In this document: positions 12,922 through 28,400 of the stretch, in pieces | Layout of the letters: every line of letters starts with the position of its first letter | Position numbering within the stretch: position 1 is the stretch's first letter | Assembly: GCA_951406725.2 (NCBI GenBank) | Contig: OX597818.1 | Coordinates: 26,660,001 to 26,724,000 of the forward strand | DNA from: Octopus vulgaris | Taxonomy: Eukaryota | Length of the DNA: 64,000 nucleotides | Reading direction: 5' to 3' | Translations under genes and position numbers: made by a program | The notes under the pieces: model-generated | What the model was told of the DNA's origin: nothing | Databases searched by the model: none | Seen by the model: only the letters and a program-made list of their open reading frames with translations

Positions 12922-14111
12922 TATGTATACAGGTATATCTACACGTGTGAGAGAGACAGCTGTGTGTACATGTGTATCATACATGCATACACAGCTTTCT
13001 GAACTCAATATAGGTACATATAATAAACGGGTGCATTTAATTATTCTCAATGCTTTCAACATCAGAAATAATCAGAGTAAGGTTAAATATGGTGATTAGA
13101 GACAATATTATGGGTTACCTAACATTATTCTAGTTACATATAACTGCTTATTAGATATAACTACTTGTCAGATTGTACCAGCTCTTCTTTAATTAGCAGG
13201 TTCACAGTCTTGATGTTGATGTGTGCGTCTATAATAGAATAATGCTATAGTTTCCACTATATCTATCTTGAAGAAAACAATCTTATAACCTTCCTCAATA
13301 AAACTATAAACATTACTATTAAACAATAATGGTAACAGCAGCTGTGGTGGTGGCAGTTACAGCAGCGGTGTTGGGGGTCACCTCTTCCTCCTCTTTCTCT
13401 TCGTCCACTTTCTCTTCATCCACTTTCTCTTCCTCTTTCTTCTTCTTCTTTCCATTTTAAATTCACCTTCACTCCTGGGAATTGAAAATTTCCATTTAGA
13501 TTTTCACAAAGCTCACACCACCTGTTCAGCCACCCATCTTCAATGCTATTCTTTCTCACTGAAATGGTTGGAATTATTCTCTCAAATTCAAGCATTGAAT
13601 TTATTTTTTCCTATTCTGTCATGACTGTGCTTTAAATCTCTAGGAGTCTTTCATTCATACAACTTTTCTTGTGTTATTTTATTCCTTAATCAGTTCCTTT
13701 AATGAATGCTAAGTATTTGTGCTGAAGGACTTAAATATATAAATCTCAAAAACTGAGTATTGATTCTGGCAGTTTACTTGGAAAAGCAACTGTGCCAATG
13801 CTACATAGAAGTGCCTGTGCCACATAAAAGTGCCTATGTCAGAGTGCCACGTAAAAGCACCCTGTACATTCTGTGAAATTAGGAAGGGCATCCAGCCATA
13901 AAAGCCATGTCAAAACACAGTTGGAAATTGAGCAGCTCCTCAGTTGGCCAGCTTCTGTCAAACCGTCCAATTCAAGCCCACATGGAAAGCAGATATTAAA
14001 TGATGATGATATGTATATATATATTTGTTTTTTTACTGTTCCTTATTCCAAACAAGCATGGTTGTACTTCGTTTGACCTTTTTGTGTATGCTTATGTGAG
14101 AGAGATAAATA

Positions 14112-14338
14112 TTTAATTCTTTTGATACCAATCCACCTGAGACTGCAGCTGGCTTCATGATATAAACTTGCTGTTTTGAAGTGGTCTAAATCAAAACCTT
14201 GAATCAAAATTCTATGTTGATAAAACCTCTGTACAGCAGCTTAATAATGACAAAGTTATTTCACTAAATTCTTCACTACTTTCAAAATTAGTTCAGATTC
14301 AGTGTATTTCAGTGGAAATATGGTTACAAAAGGGCTAA
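14112..14338 (+). mobile_element. Non-autonomous element with degenerate TTAACCCTTT...AAAGGGTTAA-type ends (piggyBac-like MITE, family 1)
   Basis: Homologous to 32948-33398 (+) and ~47839-48080 (-). Confidence 0.55.
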
Positions 14339-15424
14339 CATTATGATGTTCTTTTATTCTTCTACTCTTTTCACTTGTTTCAGTTATTCAGTTATGGATA
14401 TTCTGAGGCACCATCTTCTGGACTTAAGTAAATAATTTCACTTTGCTAAAACAATTTGGTGTTTCAGTATTCAAGTGTGATGCAGAGATGTTTTGCACTT
14501 GTTGTCTCCTATTTTTACATCCATCATCATCATGATACTGATGTTGACAATGACATCATAGTAACAAAAGCAAAGGAAATTAAATATCAAGTCGTGAGAA
14601 AGAATTTAAAGACAATTAAAGCAAAGAACTAACTTGAGAAATCTCCAGAGAGAACTGAAATGCACATTACTGCACATATGTGACTGATAAACCCATGCCT
14701 CACAGTAATAATAGGCAAGAAGGGGGTTACGGCTACAGCAGAAGAATCGGTGCTCCCCAACACAAAAGTAGAATCTCCTGAATGCTGAGACCCTTTGTTT
14801 AGTGCTCTACTTTTTAAATCATGATGTAAATGACAGATAAATCCTCCCTCAATAAGATGCCAAACTATTGCAGATGGTATTCTGAGATGTTGTGGTACCT
14901 ATGTATAACAATCTGGTAAACTAAAGCATGGAGAATAGTGTGTTCTGCTCAGAAATACCTACAGCAAACTGGATGAAGCATCTTATGAATAAGTCAAAAA
15001 TGTATTTGAGAAGCAGAAACTGAAACTTGATTGTTTCATTGGCACAGCAAATACAAATGGTGCTTATTGATGTTTGGCAATAAAAGAAATATGTTTTCTG
15101 TTTGCCATGTTCATTGTTATAGGCACATCCTGAATCTTGCTTTCTAAAATAAAATGATAGATGCTGAATCACTCTGCAATGTCTTAGAAACTATTCTGAG
15201 CCTCTAGAACTTTCTATAAAAGCTATGCTAGAACAATTGCCTCATATTGTTAAAATATTACTTGACCTGATATAATGATCAAGACCTTAAAACATATATG
15301 AATATAAGTACATTATTGAATACTAGAAGCAATTTTGACTTCTTAATTGGATTGGTTGTGCTGACTTTTTTGTCTTTAGTAGATCCAGATCAACACCATA
15401 ATGTGATGCAACAAGTTATTTACC

Positions 15425-15588
15425 TGATTCAGGAGTGGTTGGCGTTAGGAAGGGCATCCAGCTGTAGAAACACTGCCAAATCAGACTGGAGCCTGGTGCA
15501 GCCTCCATGGCTTACCAGACCCCGGTCGAACCGTCCAACCCATGCTAGCATGGAAAACGGACGTTAAATGATGATGATGATGATGATC
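15425..15588 (+). mobile_element. Young short RTE-type 3' end with (TGA)n tail
   Basis: GGCGTTAGGAAGGGCATCCAGCTGTAGAAAC...GGACGTTAAATGATGATG; close inverse copy at 63095-63240. Confidence 0.8.
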
Positions 15589-18500
15589 AGACAACAGAAT
15601 TTATGTTAGGAAAGTACACAAGTCATGTCTTGCTAATTAACCCTTAAATCATGATTCCATTTCCACAATGACATTATTCACAAACAAATGATAGGTATGC
15701 GATGGTAGTCTTTGATAGTTTGATTCACTGGTGCTTCCATTAATAAATTCACCAACCAAAGCTTGCAATCTTGGCTACCATTCCTCCTGTATCATTTTCT
15801 GTAGAGCATTCCTTCAGCAGCAAATGAAACCATATCTGAGGAGTACAATGGGTTTAACATGACAAAACAGCATAGCAATACTAAATATTGAATGAAAGTA
15901 TGCCGACATGCCTGTTGTTAAAAATGTTGTTCAAGTAATATATATCTTTGCTGTTAAGAAAGACAGAAAACAATATTAAGTCTCATGTTTTCAGATTTAT
16001 GCTATCTGTGCATTTGGTAATTGATTAAAAAGACTATTAAAAATCAGTATTTCTGTTTTTATCTGTATAAATTTTGGGCAACTTAACCTTCATCTCTTAA
16101 ACAAAGAGCCCCATGTATTCATACTCTATACTTGCACTGTGTATGTTGGAATGATATCAAAAGAAAATTGCTTGTTAGAACCAATAAGTTCTTTGTTAAG
16201 AGGAATAAAATATTACTTCTTAAGCTTTAGTAAAGACTTTTAATATACTGATTGGATAAGAGATAACTTCTAGACGTCTTTTTCAAGGGGCGTAACTTAA
16301 CCCAAAGTAACCATAAATTCACCCTTATCTTCAGCAATACTAAATTATGGTAACCAAGAGATTGAGTTCTATTGGTAATAACACTATTATTTTTCCCTTT
16401 CAACATGTTCTGGAACATGAAATTGGCCAAACTATTTTGTTTATTTGGAATCATAAATCTTCTGTATTTATTCTACTTCAATGCCTTCTTTTGTTGTTTT
16501 ATCATAATCCAAATTGATATTGATTGTTCTTTCTTCCCTCTGGACAAACTTACTAGAATTGCTATTTGTTTTCACCATTATATTGATGCATTAAATGTAT
16601 CACTAGATATACATACATACTTCTAAATTTCTTGTATGTGCCATTTTGATATTTTTCAAAAATATATATTTCAGGTAAACTAGATGTGTTTTTGGTTTCT
16701 GGGTTTTTTTTCTTTTTTAAAGAGATTTGTCTGTTTTTGTTCCACAGATTTGTACAGAATATTATTAGAAAATATGCAGAGAAGATTTATTGATATCTAT
16801 CAAAATATTTTTTTATTGCCATTGTTTCTATTGATGCTGTTAACAACTACATATAGAAGATTTATCAGTTAAATTCTGTCCAAAAATTTCAAAATAAAAT
16901 TGCTAACAGATTTAATATACATCTTATGACTTCCCAAGACCATAATAACACATCTTTCTCTGTTCCCCACCCTACCCCTCTGTCTTGAGTGTGTATGTTT
17001 AGCTCTTTCATCATCTGAAGCCCTTTATTATTGTTTTCCACAAGATAATGATCATTTCTCAGTTTTCTTTAAGTTCTTTCTTTTTCTTTTCCAAAATATT
17101 TCTCCCATTTGAAGTTTTATTGGGGGGCGGGGGTCTCTCAAAATGTGGTTTATATATTTCTATATTTCAACTTTAATGCAGGATGATAGTTTGGCTGCTC
17201 AGGCAGGTATATAATTTCTTTGTAATTATAGCTTTTGAACTGATCCTAACTTACATACAAAATGCTTCCTGAGTTCAGTTTCTCTGTTGGGGGTGGAGGC
17301 ATATTATAAATGTATTATTCAGAGTTAAAGTTTGAGTCTTCTTACATAACTGAGGAATTTAAGTTGATACCTTCAATAACAGCAACACAAATACATACAT
17401 ACATACATACATTCATGCATTTGTTCATATATCCATACATATATTTGTGCATATAAACTTACATATACACATAATTATCAGTTTTACAACCATCTTTTTC
17501 TATGCTAGCATGGATTGGTTTGGACTGCCATAAAATATATTAACACTAATCTCAGTCCTATTTTATCTCATTCATAAGTCCCAGCATCTACAAAGTTGAT
17601 CTCACCACTTACTCCTACACTGTCCTCAGCTATGTGTATTTTGTATCACCAGTTTATGGCATATTTTCATTTAAGCCTGTACTATTTATTTATATAGCTT
17701 GATCATACTTGTGCAATCAACTCTCTTGTGTGCTTTCAATTCAGAAACTGAATGAAGCATTCTTTCAGTTTACTCAGTTACACATTCTGATATTTATGCA
17801 CCCACAGCAACAAAGAAAACAAACCAATTTTGATATTCTGTGTCTTACAATGTGAACTAGGCTTGTTTTTGTTGTGCCATTAGCACAAGAGATGTCGACC
17901 TATTGAGGAGGACTAATGAACCTCCTCTCTGTTGTATCAGATCTTATTCAGCATTACTGTTCTCCAAGACAGGTAGCCTGCAATTCAACCTTGAGAAGAC
18001 CACATTTCATTCAAACATTCCATTTTTTACATGTTTTCTTCTTTTTTATGACAGAATATTCTGCCTACTACCAATGACTTTACAATGTAGTGGGTTCATT
18101 TCACTGTGCAACAGGTAGTAGAGAAGTTGTCCTGTGCAAGGAAGACTAATTTGATCAGTTCTTATTTGGAGTAACTGCCTTTTTAAGCCTGCAACATGAC
18201 ATGCAGAGTCCACATCTCAATCGTATATTCCACTATGTTGTGTGTGGTGGTGGTGATCTGTACCTTTTTATTTGTTTGAGTTTTTTCCCCTTATATTAAG
18301 GGAAGTACATAATTTGTTTCATTTTTTTTAGTGTAACTTTCTATTTCAAATTTATTATTCACCAGATAAAGCACACTATCATACTGTGAAAGTTTAATGA
18401 TGACAAACAGTTTCATTGTCAAAAATTCAAATTTACTAAGGTTGCGATAGACAAATATGTTTCAGAAGAAGTGAAATTGCCTTTTCCTTTTAAACTATTA

Positions 18501-19599
18501 TTATTATTTTCATCATAATCATAATTTTTACCTCTACTTTTTTCCATGCTAGCATATGTTGGATGGGCCTTTTTGTGACAATGTTTTAAGACTTGATGCC
18601 TTTCCTAGTCACCTCCTGTCATACCATGAACTTATTTGAAAAACTGAGATACACATAGTGTTGTTTCTCTTGCCATAAACTACACTTGAATTAAAGGGAC
18701 ACAAAAATAATAGTTGGTATTAGAAGTAGAATTGCAAGTTCAGACAAGTAGTCTCTTGGTTTATATAACAACAACCTTAGCTGATCTAGCAATCCACCAT
18801 TTTTTGTGCTAGGGAGAAGACAGAGCTGATATCCTTTAAGAATATTTATCTCTACTGAGATAGATATTTTTTTAATAAATTTTTAAATAATATTTGCTTA
18901 TTTTGTATGTGCCTCCTAAAAATGGTACTATTCACATCAGTTTTCTCCATCTCTATAGAGTTAAGCGATGTTGTTTTTGTGTGTGTATATCCATTAGATT
19001 ATCACTCAAACCAGACATATGCTCATCAGGATGTAGTGTTCTCTCTTCTCTTATTCCAACTTTTCCTCTCAGAAAAGAAAGCTTGCTAAGATATTCTGCT
19101 GTATGATTTTCAATGAAAATCTTCTTAATGTATGATAATCTTCTTAATCTTTGATAAGCCATCAATGTTAGTCCTTAAAACGTGACAAATTCCTGTACCC
19201 TGATAATCACTGTCACTGATAACCTAGATAAATTTACTTTTTCCATTAAATGTAGACAACTCTTTTCACATTTTCTTTCTTTTTTTTCTTCTTTTTTTTC
19301 ATATTTCCCAGTAACTTATTTACTTACAGCATTTGATTTTTGGTTTTATTTTAACATCAAACATTTAACATCAAACATGTTGACACATTAGCTTTCATAT
19401 TCTCTAATCCTTGAATATACAAAACCTACTTAAGAAATGAATCTCCTACATAATTTTATTGCTATCATTTTCAATAAAAGGAAAAAAAATCATACTAGAT
19501 TATAGTTTATATTTCCATTTATTGTTGAGATTATTATAATTTTTTTTAAAAACTCAATTCATCTTTTTTTAAATGTTTTAACAAATATCATAAAAGTTT

Positions 19600-20490
19600 A
19601 TGTCTGTGTGCTGAAAAGTTCATGGTCTGACTATAAAGGAGCAATGTTAGAGCTGTAAAATCTTGCATGCATTCATTTCAACTCTGATAACTGCATTCTT
19701 TCTTTCCAGCTAAACTGACATCCGACTGTCCAAAGAAGACTTCATAAGTATCTAGTAACAATGTCTCTTTAAAATCAACAAAATTTGGCACCATGGTGTT
19801 ATCAAGTACCTTCAAAAATGGGTTTAATACCCCCACCCCAGGACATTCATGCTGACATGGTTGCCATATAAGGAGATGACTTGTGCAAAAGTGGGCAGCT
19901 GAATTTAGGAGGGGAAGGGAAAGTCTTGAAAGATGAACCAAGGTCTAGAGGTCCTGCAACTACCACCGCCAACAAAAACATTGACCGTGTTCATCACATG
20001 GTGATAGATGATAGGCAATTGACAATAAATCAAATAACCAATGCTATTAGCATATCCCATGAGAGAGTTGAGAATATTCTGCACAATGAACTTGGCTTGA
20101 TGAGAGTCAGTGCTCAGTAGGTGCCACGTCTTCTGACACCTGATCAAAAGCACATCAGGCTGATTATATCATGGGGAAATCTGACATTGTTTCAGGCAGA
20201 TCCAGCTGGTTTCCTGGAAAGTTTCTTAAGCGAGGGTGTGTGTTGGGTTCATCACTTTGAGCCAGAGACAACGAGACAATCCATGCAGTGGGAACACCCT
20301 CCTCATCTGCTCCAAAGAAGGCCACAATCATTTCATCTGCAGGGAAGCTGATGGCCTCGGCTTTATGGATGCAAAGGATGTTGTGTTTATTGATTTAAGC
20401 CAACTCACTAAGGCAGTTATAAAAGACCAAACTCCCTGAGAAACTGAGGAAAGGGGTCTTGTTTCATAAGGACTATGCTCCAGTGCTTTG
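19600..20490 (+). mobile_element. Mariner transposon relic, 3'-truncated
   Basis: LKDEPRSRGPATT..., HNELGLMRVSAQ*VPRLLTPDQK (WVPRLL motif), WVHHFEPET; TIR-like GTGCTGAAAAGTTC at the left end. Confidence 0.88.
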
Positions 20491-20529
20491 TAGTTTTCCA
20501 GACCATAGAAAAACTCTTTAGACGAATTT

Positions 20530-21010
20530 AGTGGATGTGTGGTAAGAAGTTTGCTTCCCAATCACTTGGTTCTGGGTTCAATCCACTGTGTGGCATGTTG
20601 GGCAAGTGTCTTCTGCTATAGCCTCGGGCTGGCTAAAGCTGTTGCGTGAATTTGGTTGACAGAAACTGAAAGAAGCCTGTCATACACGCACACACACACA
20701 CATAAATATCAAACAATGAGAATGAGTGCTCAACAACATATTGGTAGATAAAGATTCTTTATTTGTCTATTAAGGCTACATTGGTTTCATGTTAAGGGTG
20801 TTCATCTTCGTGTGTGTGTGTGCATGTCTCTGTTTATCCTCTACCATTGCTTGACAACCAACACACAACTAGTGTTGGTGTGTTTATGTCTGTAACTCAG
20901 CCAAAGAGATTGATGGAATAAATACCAGGCTTAAAAAGAAAATCAATTACTTTGATTAAAGTTCCTCAAGGCGGTGTGCCTCAGCATGGCTGATGCAAGT
21001 AAAAGATAAA
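20530..21010 (+). mobile_element. Full-length family A SINE with a ~110 bp insert in its internal microsatellite
   Basis: Head 20535-20682 and tail 20845-21010 match other copies (heads also at ~9510, ~21565, ~25555 on + and ~58840-58960 on -). Confidence 0.8.
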
Positions 21011-23509
21011 CGGTAAGAGATCCTGTTTATTATTCCTGACAGCTGGATAAACTAAGACATACAGAATCAAGTACAGTGTCCAAATACACTACAAAATACC
21101 TACAATAAATTTGAGTTAAAGACTCATGAGCTTGGTACCATGTTCATTTGGCTGCTATACTTTTATATTATTAACACCATTTGAGAATTTTCCTAGTTTT
21201 AAGCACTACCTTTGCAGAAATGAGACATTTTTGGTTTTAATGATTTGCTGTGACCAACACTGAATACATGTTCAGTGTGTATAGTGAGTGATACTATACA
21301 TAATATGAACAGATATTGGGATTATCAGCTAAAAAAAAAACCAACTGAATATTTTATGAGAAACTAATCAATAATAATTTATTCTGATCCAAAATTTCTC
21401 CAGTTAAACATCTGTTAATATTAGTAAAATGCTTCATTTCAAATAAATTTTTTAGTGATTAAAGAAATTTTTTTTTTACAATGATTGCAGCTAGCAGTGT
21501 GAAAATAACAAGGATTACCATATCTTTCCTGTTAAGGAGACTGTTAAATAAATGAATTGTGTTTATGTGGGTAAGAAGCTTGCTTCGCAACCATGTGGTT
21601 TCAGGCTCAGTCCTACTCTGTAGCACTATGGGCAAGTGTCTACTACTTTAGCCTCTTGCTATCTTGTGAGTGGATTTTGTAGGCAGAAACTGAAAGAAGC
21701 CCATTGTGTGTATGTGTACACTCACAAATATGTGTATATATACATATATGTAGAAGGGATTATAATCCGAACTGTGTCCTTGAGAAGTATAGCTTTATGT
21801 TCCAGTAATCATGTATGTATGTCAATGTTTTATTTTGAATGAGAAACTCATACATATAAAATAAAATTCCTGATGAATTATAACATTTGCTGAGTAAGTA
21901 TGTAGTAAAACAAATGCTGGAATATGTAGTCCTGTTTTTTTTTAAATGCCACATATTCCAGTCTTTGTTTCAATGTATGTGTGTGTGTCCTTGCTGTATG
22001 ATGGTTGTAAATGTGATGAGTGCCATTTTGTCCCAATCCAATTTGTTTCTGATATTATTTTGCTTGGAGAAGGTTGTGAGCTGGCAGAATCAATAACATG
22101 CCATGCAAAATGCTTAATGACATTTTTTCTGTCTTTACATTCTCAGTTCAAATTCTGCCAAGGTTGACTTTTCCAGCCATCCTTTCAGGGTCGATAAAAT
22201 AAGTACCAGTTGAGCACTGGGATTGATGTAATTGATTTCACTCCTCCCCTGAAATAGCTAGCCTTGTGCCAAAATTTGAAACCATTATTATCTTGCATTG
22301 AAACATGTGGGTTGATAACAGGAAGGGCATCTGCCTCAACAGATTCCATTTGACCCATGCATTCTTGAAAAAATGATGATATTATATATTGTATATCGTA
22401 AATAATCTTTACATATTTTATGAGATTTCAGCTAATAAACTAATAATAATATTACCAACACATAACAAGATAATGAGGGAACCGCCATGTAGTTACTCAA
22501 CAAAATGATAGGGTGTAAAATGAGGGAGGTTTGGCTGCTGGAAAAATGCAGTCATATCTCTCTCATTTCACACCCTACCACAAGTTACATTAAACAGGAT
22601 GGTTATGGTTGGAAAATCTTTGTTCGTAGATCTACTCAATTTGGATTGGCATGGTGTTGAACAGATATACTATTGAACCCCCACAAAATCCCTTTCATAT
22701 TGAAAATTAATTAAAACGCACAGACAGTCTACTATTTCGAAATTAAAGGGCTAAGAAGTTAGTGAACTAGTTGGTAATAGTGTCAGAATTGTGGGACTGA
22801 GAATACTTTCTTCTAGTTCTGTTCTAATACAATATTTTACAAGCTTTGAATAGTAAAAGTTGCTACATAAGAGAATCCCAAGCTGTTGTGGAATTCCAGC
22901 TCTTGGACTGATACATTGTGTAAATTAGATTGGAGTTGTTTTTAGATGGTCACTAAGTAGAACAATCCCTCTTGAAAACAGGATAGTGTCCTTTGTTCAA
23001 AGATTTTGTATTAGCATTTAGAATTATAAAATAAATTCTTCATTTTTTTTCTTTGTATGTATGTGTATGTTCTATGTATGTTAGACAAACCTTCATGTGG
23101 TGTGTATCTTTATAAATAAACATGTATATTTTCACTAATGAGCAGATATTTTGATATAATCTAGTATGTTTTTGTTATCATAAAAAAATAACACTTTAGA
23201 ATATATTTTCCCTACTAACTTTGACTGGTCATATCTGCAAGATCTCTCTCTCTCTCTATCTCTCTCACTTCCTTTTTCTCTCTTTATGTATTTATTTCTC
23301 TTGAAAAAGTTTTATCTCCTTCTTAGATCAGGTCAAATTACTTTCCTCCATATCTTCCTTAGCCTACCTCTGTCTTGACTCTCAACAGCCACTAACATCC
23401 CATGTATTTTTAACTCTATCAGCTGCTTTTTTATCATTTGACCAAGCCTCTTTGCAAACAGCAGTTGAACCCCTATTTGGTAGTATATCAGCACACGCAA
23501 CATATGTAT

Positions 23510-23559
<50 letters not shown>

Positions 23560-26500
23560 TTGCTCAACTCAAATATTTTAGTGATTTCTTGTGATATCTC
23601 TTAGAGCAGTAGAATCATAAACAACTTCATCTACTGACCCTATACAAGGGCATAAGTACACATTGCACTAAAATACAAAAATACAGCTCTCTATTATAGA
23701 GCAGCTGCCAAATGCATAAACATTTTAGACTGCACAAAACATCATCTGATTAATTGACAAGCTTTTGCTCAGTAATATACCAGGGCATTCAATTCCTTCT
23801 ACTATTTCTATAATAGCCTTTATTTCTTCAATTATCAAGCTATGTACCAAGTAATTCACTCAACCTCTGCTTGTCACTCTACTCTGTCTTGATCACAAAC
23901 ACCCATTGAAATAATTCATTCAAATCTTTATCCCTGAAATTACAACCTTCTGGATTTTTGTGCTACCTGTCTCCTCCAACATTTCCCATCTCCTCCAAGC
24001 TGAATGTTATCCTCGCTTCACCAAACTCAGAGAGCCTGCAAAGACTTCATAAGGCACTGGCTTGCCTTTTCTTTAAACTAAAATGTAAAAAATAATAATT
24101 CTTTTAAATTAATTAATTATATAAGACTAACAGATGGCACTTGTTAATAATTAAAACCTCAAATAACTTATACTCAATCTATAGTGAGGACTTGCAGCGT
24201 ACACAGTTCATGGATAGGTATGATATCTTCCTGATTAACTATACAAGTGACTAGTTTGTATCCTACTCCACCAGATATTTTAAGCATCTCAGCAGTAATT
24301 CCTGATGGACCACGACTTTCCCTACCTTCATATCCTCAGTTGCTTTATCTATCATTGCTGTCAGCTTGGATGGTTAGTCTCACTGTCGGATCCACATTGA
24401 GAAGACCCTCTTTCTCCCAAATAGTCTCCACATTTAATAGTCTTTCATGATAGTCTTTCCATCCCACCAATGCTAGTGTGGAAGACCAACGTTAAATGAT
24501 GATGATAAGTTACATTTCCAAGCCTCTTTTTTCAGAATCACTAAGAGGAAGCTTACTATTATCCATTTGCAAACACTCCTCATCCACAATATCTCAATTC
24601 TCTTAGATATACTGTCTTGTAATCTGAAACACCTCACATCTTTGATTCTCATGCTGTAAAACATTGTTAAATCTCCTATTTTCTGTTTCTCATTTTACCA
24701 TGTAAACCTGTCACCTAGCCTTCCTTCTGACTACCTGATATAATTCTCTTGCTACCTCCACTTTTCCAGGCTTTCTAAGCTTGTCTTTTCCTTTTTATAG
24801 CTCTGTCTATCCCACTGTTCCATCACCATGTTACCCTCAGTAAGGCCAGGACTTTGCACCAGCCACTCATTTGATCTGAAGCCTCGGTAGTTTGTCCTAT
24901 GGTAACTTTTCTAGCTGCCCTCTATACCATACATCTCTAACTCCTCTTCATCAAATGCTTCAAGAAGAATTCCTCTAAATTTCTGACTGTTTGCTGGTTA
25001 CTTTGAGCTTTCATATCTTCCTATTTGAAAACAGGTTTGTTTCTTTGAGTCCTTTTAACTCAAAGTTCTAAGTCTGAAATTACTAGCCACTAGCCTATGT
25101 TGGATTGAACATTTGTCCCAGAGAAGGATGCTTGCATTTGCAAGCATCTGTCTATCCCATTCACTGGTGAGAATGTTGTCAATCTGACTTGTGTGTCCAC
25201 CAGATTGATAAATGATCACATAGTTGGTTAGATTTCAGAAGTTGGTGTTGCATCACAGAACTCCAGTAATCTTGTTAGATCTAGAGCCAAAGCTGTAATC
25301 TCCATATACCTGCTGAATACCTTTGAATTGCTACCCAAAATGTCTGTCGAAGTTACCAGTCCAACCACAATAATAAAATTACTGTCATTCATCATTAATG
25401 TAGTCTGTAAAATTGTAGTCTTTTAAAATTGGTCCTTCTGTTCATGTGGCCAGTCCAGATTGTGAAGCACAGACACATCTATGTATATATGTGTGCAAGT
25501 TTATGTATGAAATATTTGGAAATTATTTCGGTTAAAAATTCATGAACAAGTTTAGTGGCTGTGTGGTCAGAAGCTTGCTTCCCAAGCACATGGTTCTTGG
25601 TTTCAGTCCCACTTTGTAGCAGCTTGGGCAAGTATCTTTTTCTATAGCCTAGGGTCAGCCAAAACCTCGTGAGTGGGTTTGGTAGAGAGAAACTGAAAGG
25701 GGTACATTGTATATACATGTGTGTGTGTGTGTGTGCGTGTGTGTGTTTGTATGTCTTTCTGTCAGCACTACACATGCTGAACATTATGTGTCTTGTCATT
25801 TTAGGAAGTTCTGGAAAGGCTATAAATATCAACCTCACCCTGTTTTGACTTAGTTATTAAAAAAATAGGAGGGGGTGGTTAAACAGGCTTCTGAAGTGCA
25901 ATGTGAATTTTTTGTGGCAAAAATTTATCGTTTTCAGGGCTTTTGAAATAATTACTGACAAAGGAAGAAATTTATCTTTAGACTTGACACCAAGACTGCA
26001 TACCTGCAACAAAAGGAACTCCATTAAAAACACTCAAAAGGTCAGCTGATGGTATTAAACTGAGCAATGAAATACGTCTACCATATAAAAACAAGAATGG
26101 TCCCTCCAGTGGGCTATCACGCAGTTTTTGCCTACTAAATTTTACTCACAAGGCTTTGGTTGACCTAATACTATAGTAATGGGCATCTGCCCAAAGCAGC
26201 CCACAAAGAGATTAACATGAAACCATATAACCAAGCAATGGCCACAAAACCACACCCATGGATTTCTTTTCTTAATTCTAATAAAATAGCCTTTTATCTT
26301 ACATTGAAATTATCTCTGGTCAATAATTTAGATGAATAAAGAAAGAAGAGACACACAGCTATATACATACATATTTAGCTTCTCCTTGATCCATTGTCAA
26401 AATGATTGAGCTTCATAATTTTTCACGATCAAATAACCAGTTTTATTTACAACTACATGACACTAGTAACATCCAGTTCCTTTTATGAAGGTGTTTAATT

Positions 26501-27045
26501 TAGCACTATTATTGTCAGATTTTGCAGTCCTGTTGCTGGCTACAATGGCATGTGTTCTTACCTTGCTGTACCTATTCACAGCTAAGTGGATTGGGTCATT
26601 TCAGAGTCAGTTAGCTGTCTTAGACACATCATAGTGCTGGTGACAGAATATGAATCACTGGCATCTTATCTGGTTGTCTGGTAAAATATACTTTCAACTC
26701 ACTCATCTGCGTTGTCTACATGCATATACAAGTATATGTAAGTTAACTTCTACACAAAATTTCCTTGTTTCAAAGTGTTAACTGTTGCACACACATACAC
26801 ACACACATGTTTTGTTTTATTTATTCATTTTTCGTGGTTCTAATTCAATTCTACCAAACAATATCTTAATCGTAAATTACATTTACTTTTAAAACACCTA
26901 ATTTTCACTTCTACTCCTTCTCTATATAGACAGATAGATAGATAAACCAAACAATTTTACTTATTTGCTCTCCCCCCCCCCTTTCTCTCTCATATATGTA
27001 TGTGTGTATATAATGTACTTATGGCAATAATATAAATTATTCATA

Positions 27046-28400
27046 CTAGCAAAAAGACCTCCCTCCGGGTGGTTTTCTGCTAGCGACTCGATAATATTTC
27101 CACATTTGATTCCCAATTCTAATAATTTTTATGATATTTTACATCTAATTATTTCTTTGTATAATAGTGCTCACTTGCTTAGTAAATATTGCTTTCATTA
27201 TTTTATCAGTCAATCTGTTATATATATTTAGCATTAATAATTGGTAGAACTTACATAAGTGCGCATAGATAGCTAGATGGACGGATGGGGACACACTCAC
27301 ACTCACACATACAAAAGTCTGGTGCTGTGAGAACACATAGAAATGATTCCTTACTTTTACAAATTTACCCAAATTTAAAATGACCTAATATAACTATATT
27401 ATTCATTTGGCATGTGTTGAAATATGCCAAAACAATTTAATTTTACACAAATATATGTTGCTTTACATATAATTTATGTGTTAATTCTATTTACTGAAAC
27501 TTGCTAAAAAGCATATTTTGCTTTATAGTAGTATCTCCTTGTAGGCACAATTGTCAGTAATCATACTGCTTCCATTTCTCTCAGCCAATATTTTTACATT
27601 AGCATTCTTTTGAACTCTTGATAATGCAACACACAGCTGACCATGTAAGAAGAATTGTGTTGGAAGATATATTCCAATTTGTTCAAAAGTCTGTCCCTAT
27701 GCCTTGTTGCGTGTCAAGGCAAAAGCTGGCTTGACAGGAAATTGTTTGCATGTAAATGTGAATAGTAATTCCATTTCTTGAGATACGTGTGGTATTCTTG
27801 GGATTAGCAAAGTTGATCCTGCATAAGGACCAGAAGCAACCTCAACCTCGGTAACATGATCATGTAAACTGACAATGATGTAGTGTGTTCCATTGCAATG
27901 TCCATTAGTAGCATCTAAATTTCTCAGAAGCATTATGCATCATTTTTCTTTCAGTTTGAAAATGTGTGGTGGAAACCCTGATAATGGAAGTTTGCTGATG
28001 AACTTAATTAGATAGAGTTTCATTATAAACTGTATTTGAGCTCTTATATATTTTTAGCTCACCAGGGATCTTGGTCAACAGAAAATCACCCACAAATTGT
28101 GCTGCTTCTTTTATTGGAGTAACAATGGTTCTATTTGCAAACCTCATAGGGTTTGTGAAGTTATGTTTTTAGGTCAGCATATACAAAATCACAAACGTCA
28201 TTGGGTAGGTTGATTTTGAATTCACCTAGGCTTTGTTCAACAGAAATGTTACCGTTTCTTACATCAACAAGGTAATTAGCAAACTCTCTTTCATCAGAAT
28301 GACCTTCTGTAAGAAGTCTTAGATTGGTTGTCAACTCTACTACTTCCACATGAGTGCAAAGAAACGATCTCTTTAGTGTTGCATCAACAATTTGTGATTT
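27046..28400 (-). mobile_element. Helitron relic with PIF1-type helicase fragments and putative 3' terminus
   Basis: ORFs MLLRNLDATNGHCNGT...QFPVKPAFALTRNKA and ELTTNLRL...EFANYLVDV; minus strand ends in a hairpin plus CTAG|T at 27046; 5' limit uncertain. Confidence 0.88.

Noticed and set aside
16665-16680. Recursive splice site-like TTTCAG|GTAAAC
   Set aside because: Short, weak pyrimidine tract; expected by chance in 32 kb of AT-rich sequence
17182-17206. 25 nt microexon-like segment (ttaatgcag|GATG...GCAG|gtatat)
   Set aside because: No arrestin similarity, weak donor, and in the expected phase 1 it gives an immediate TGA; not supportable without RNA data
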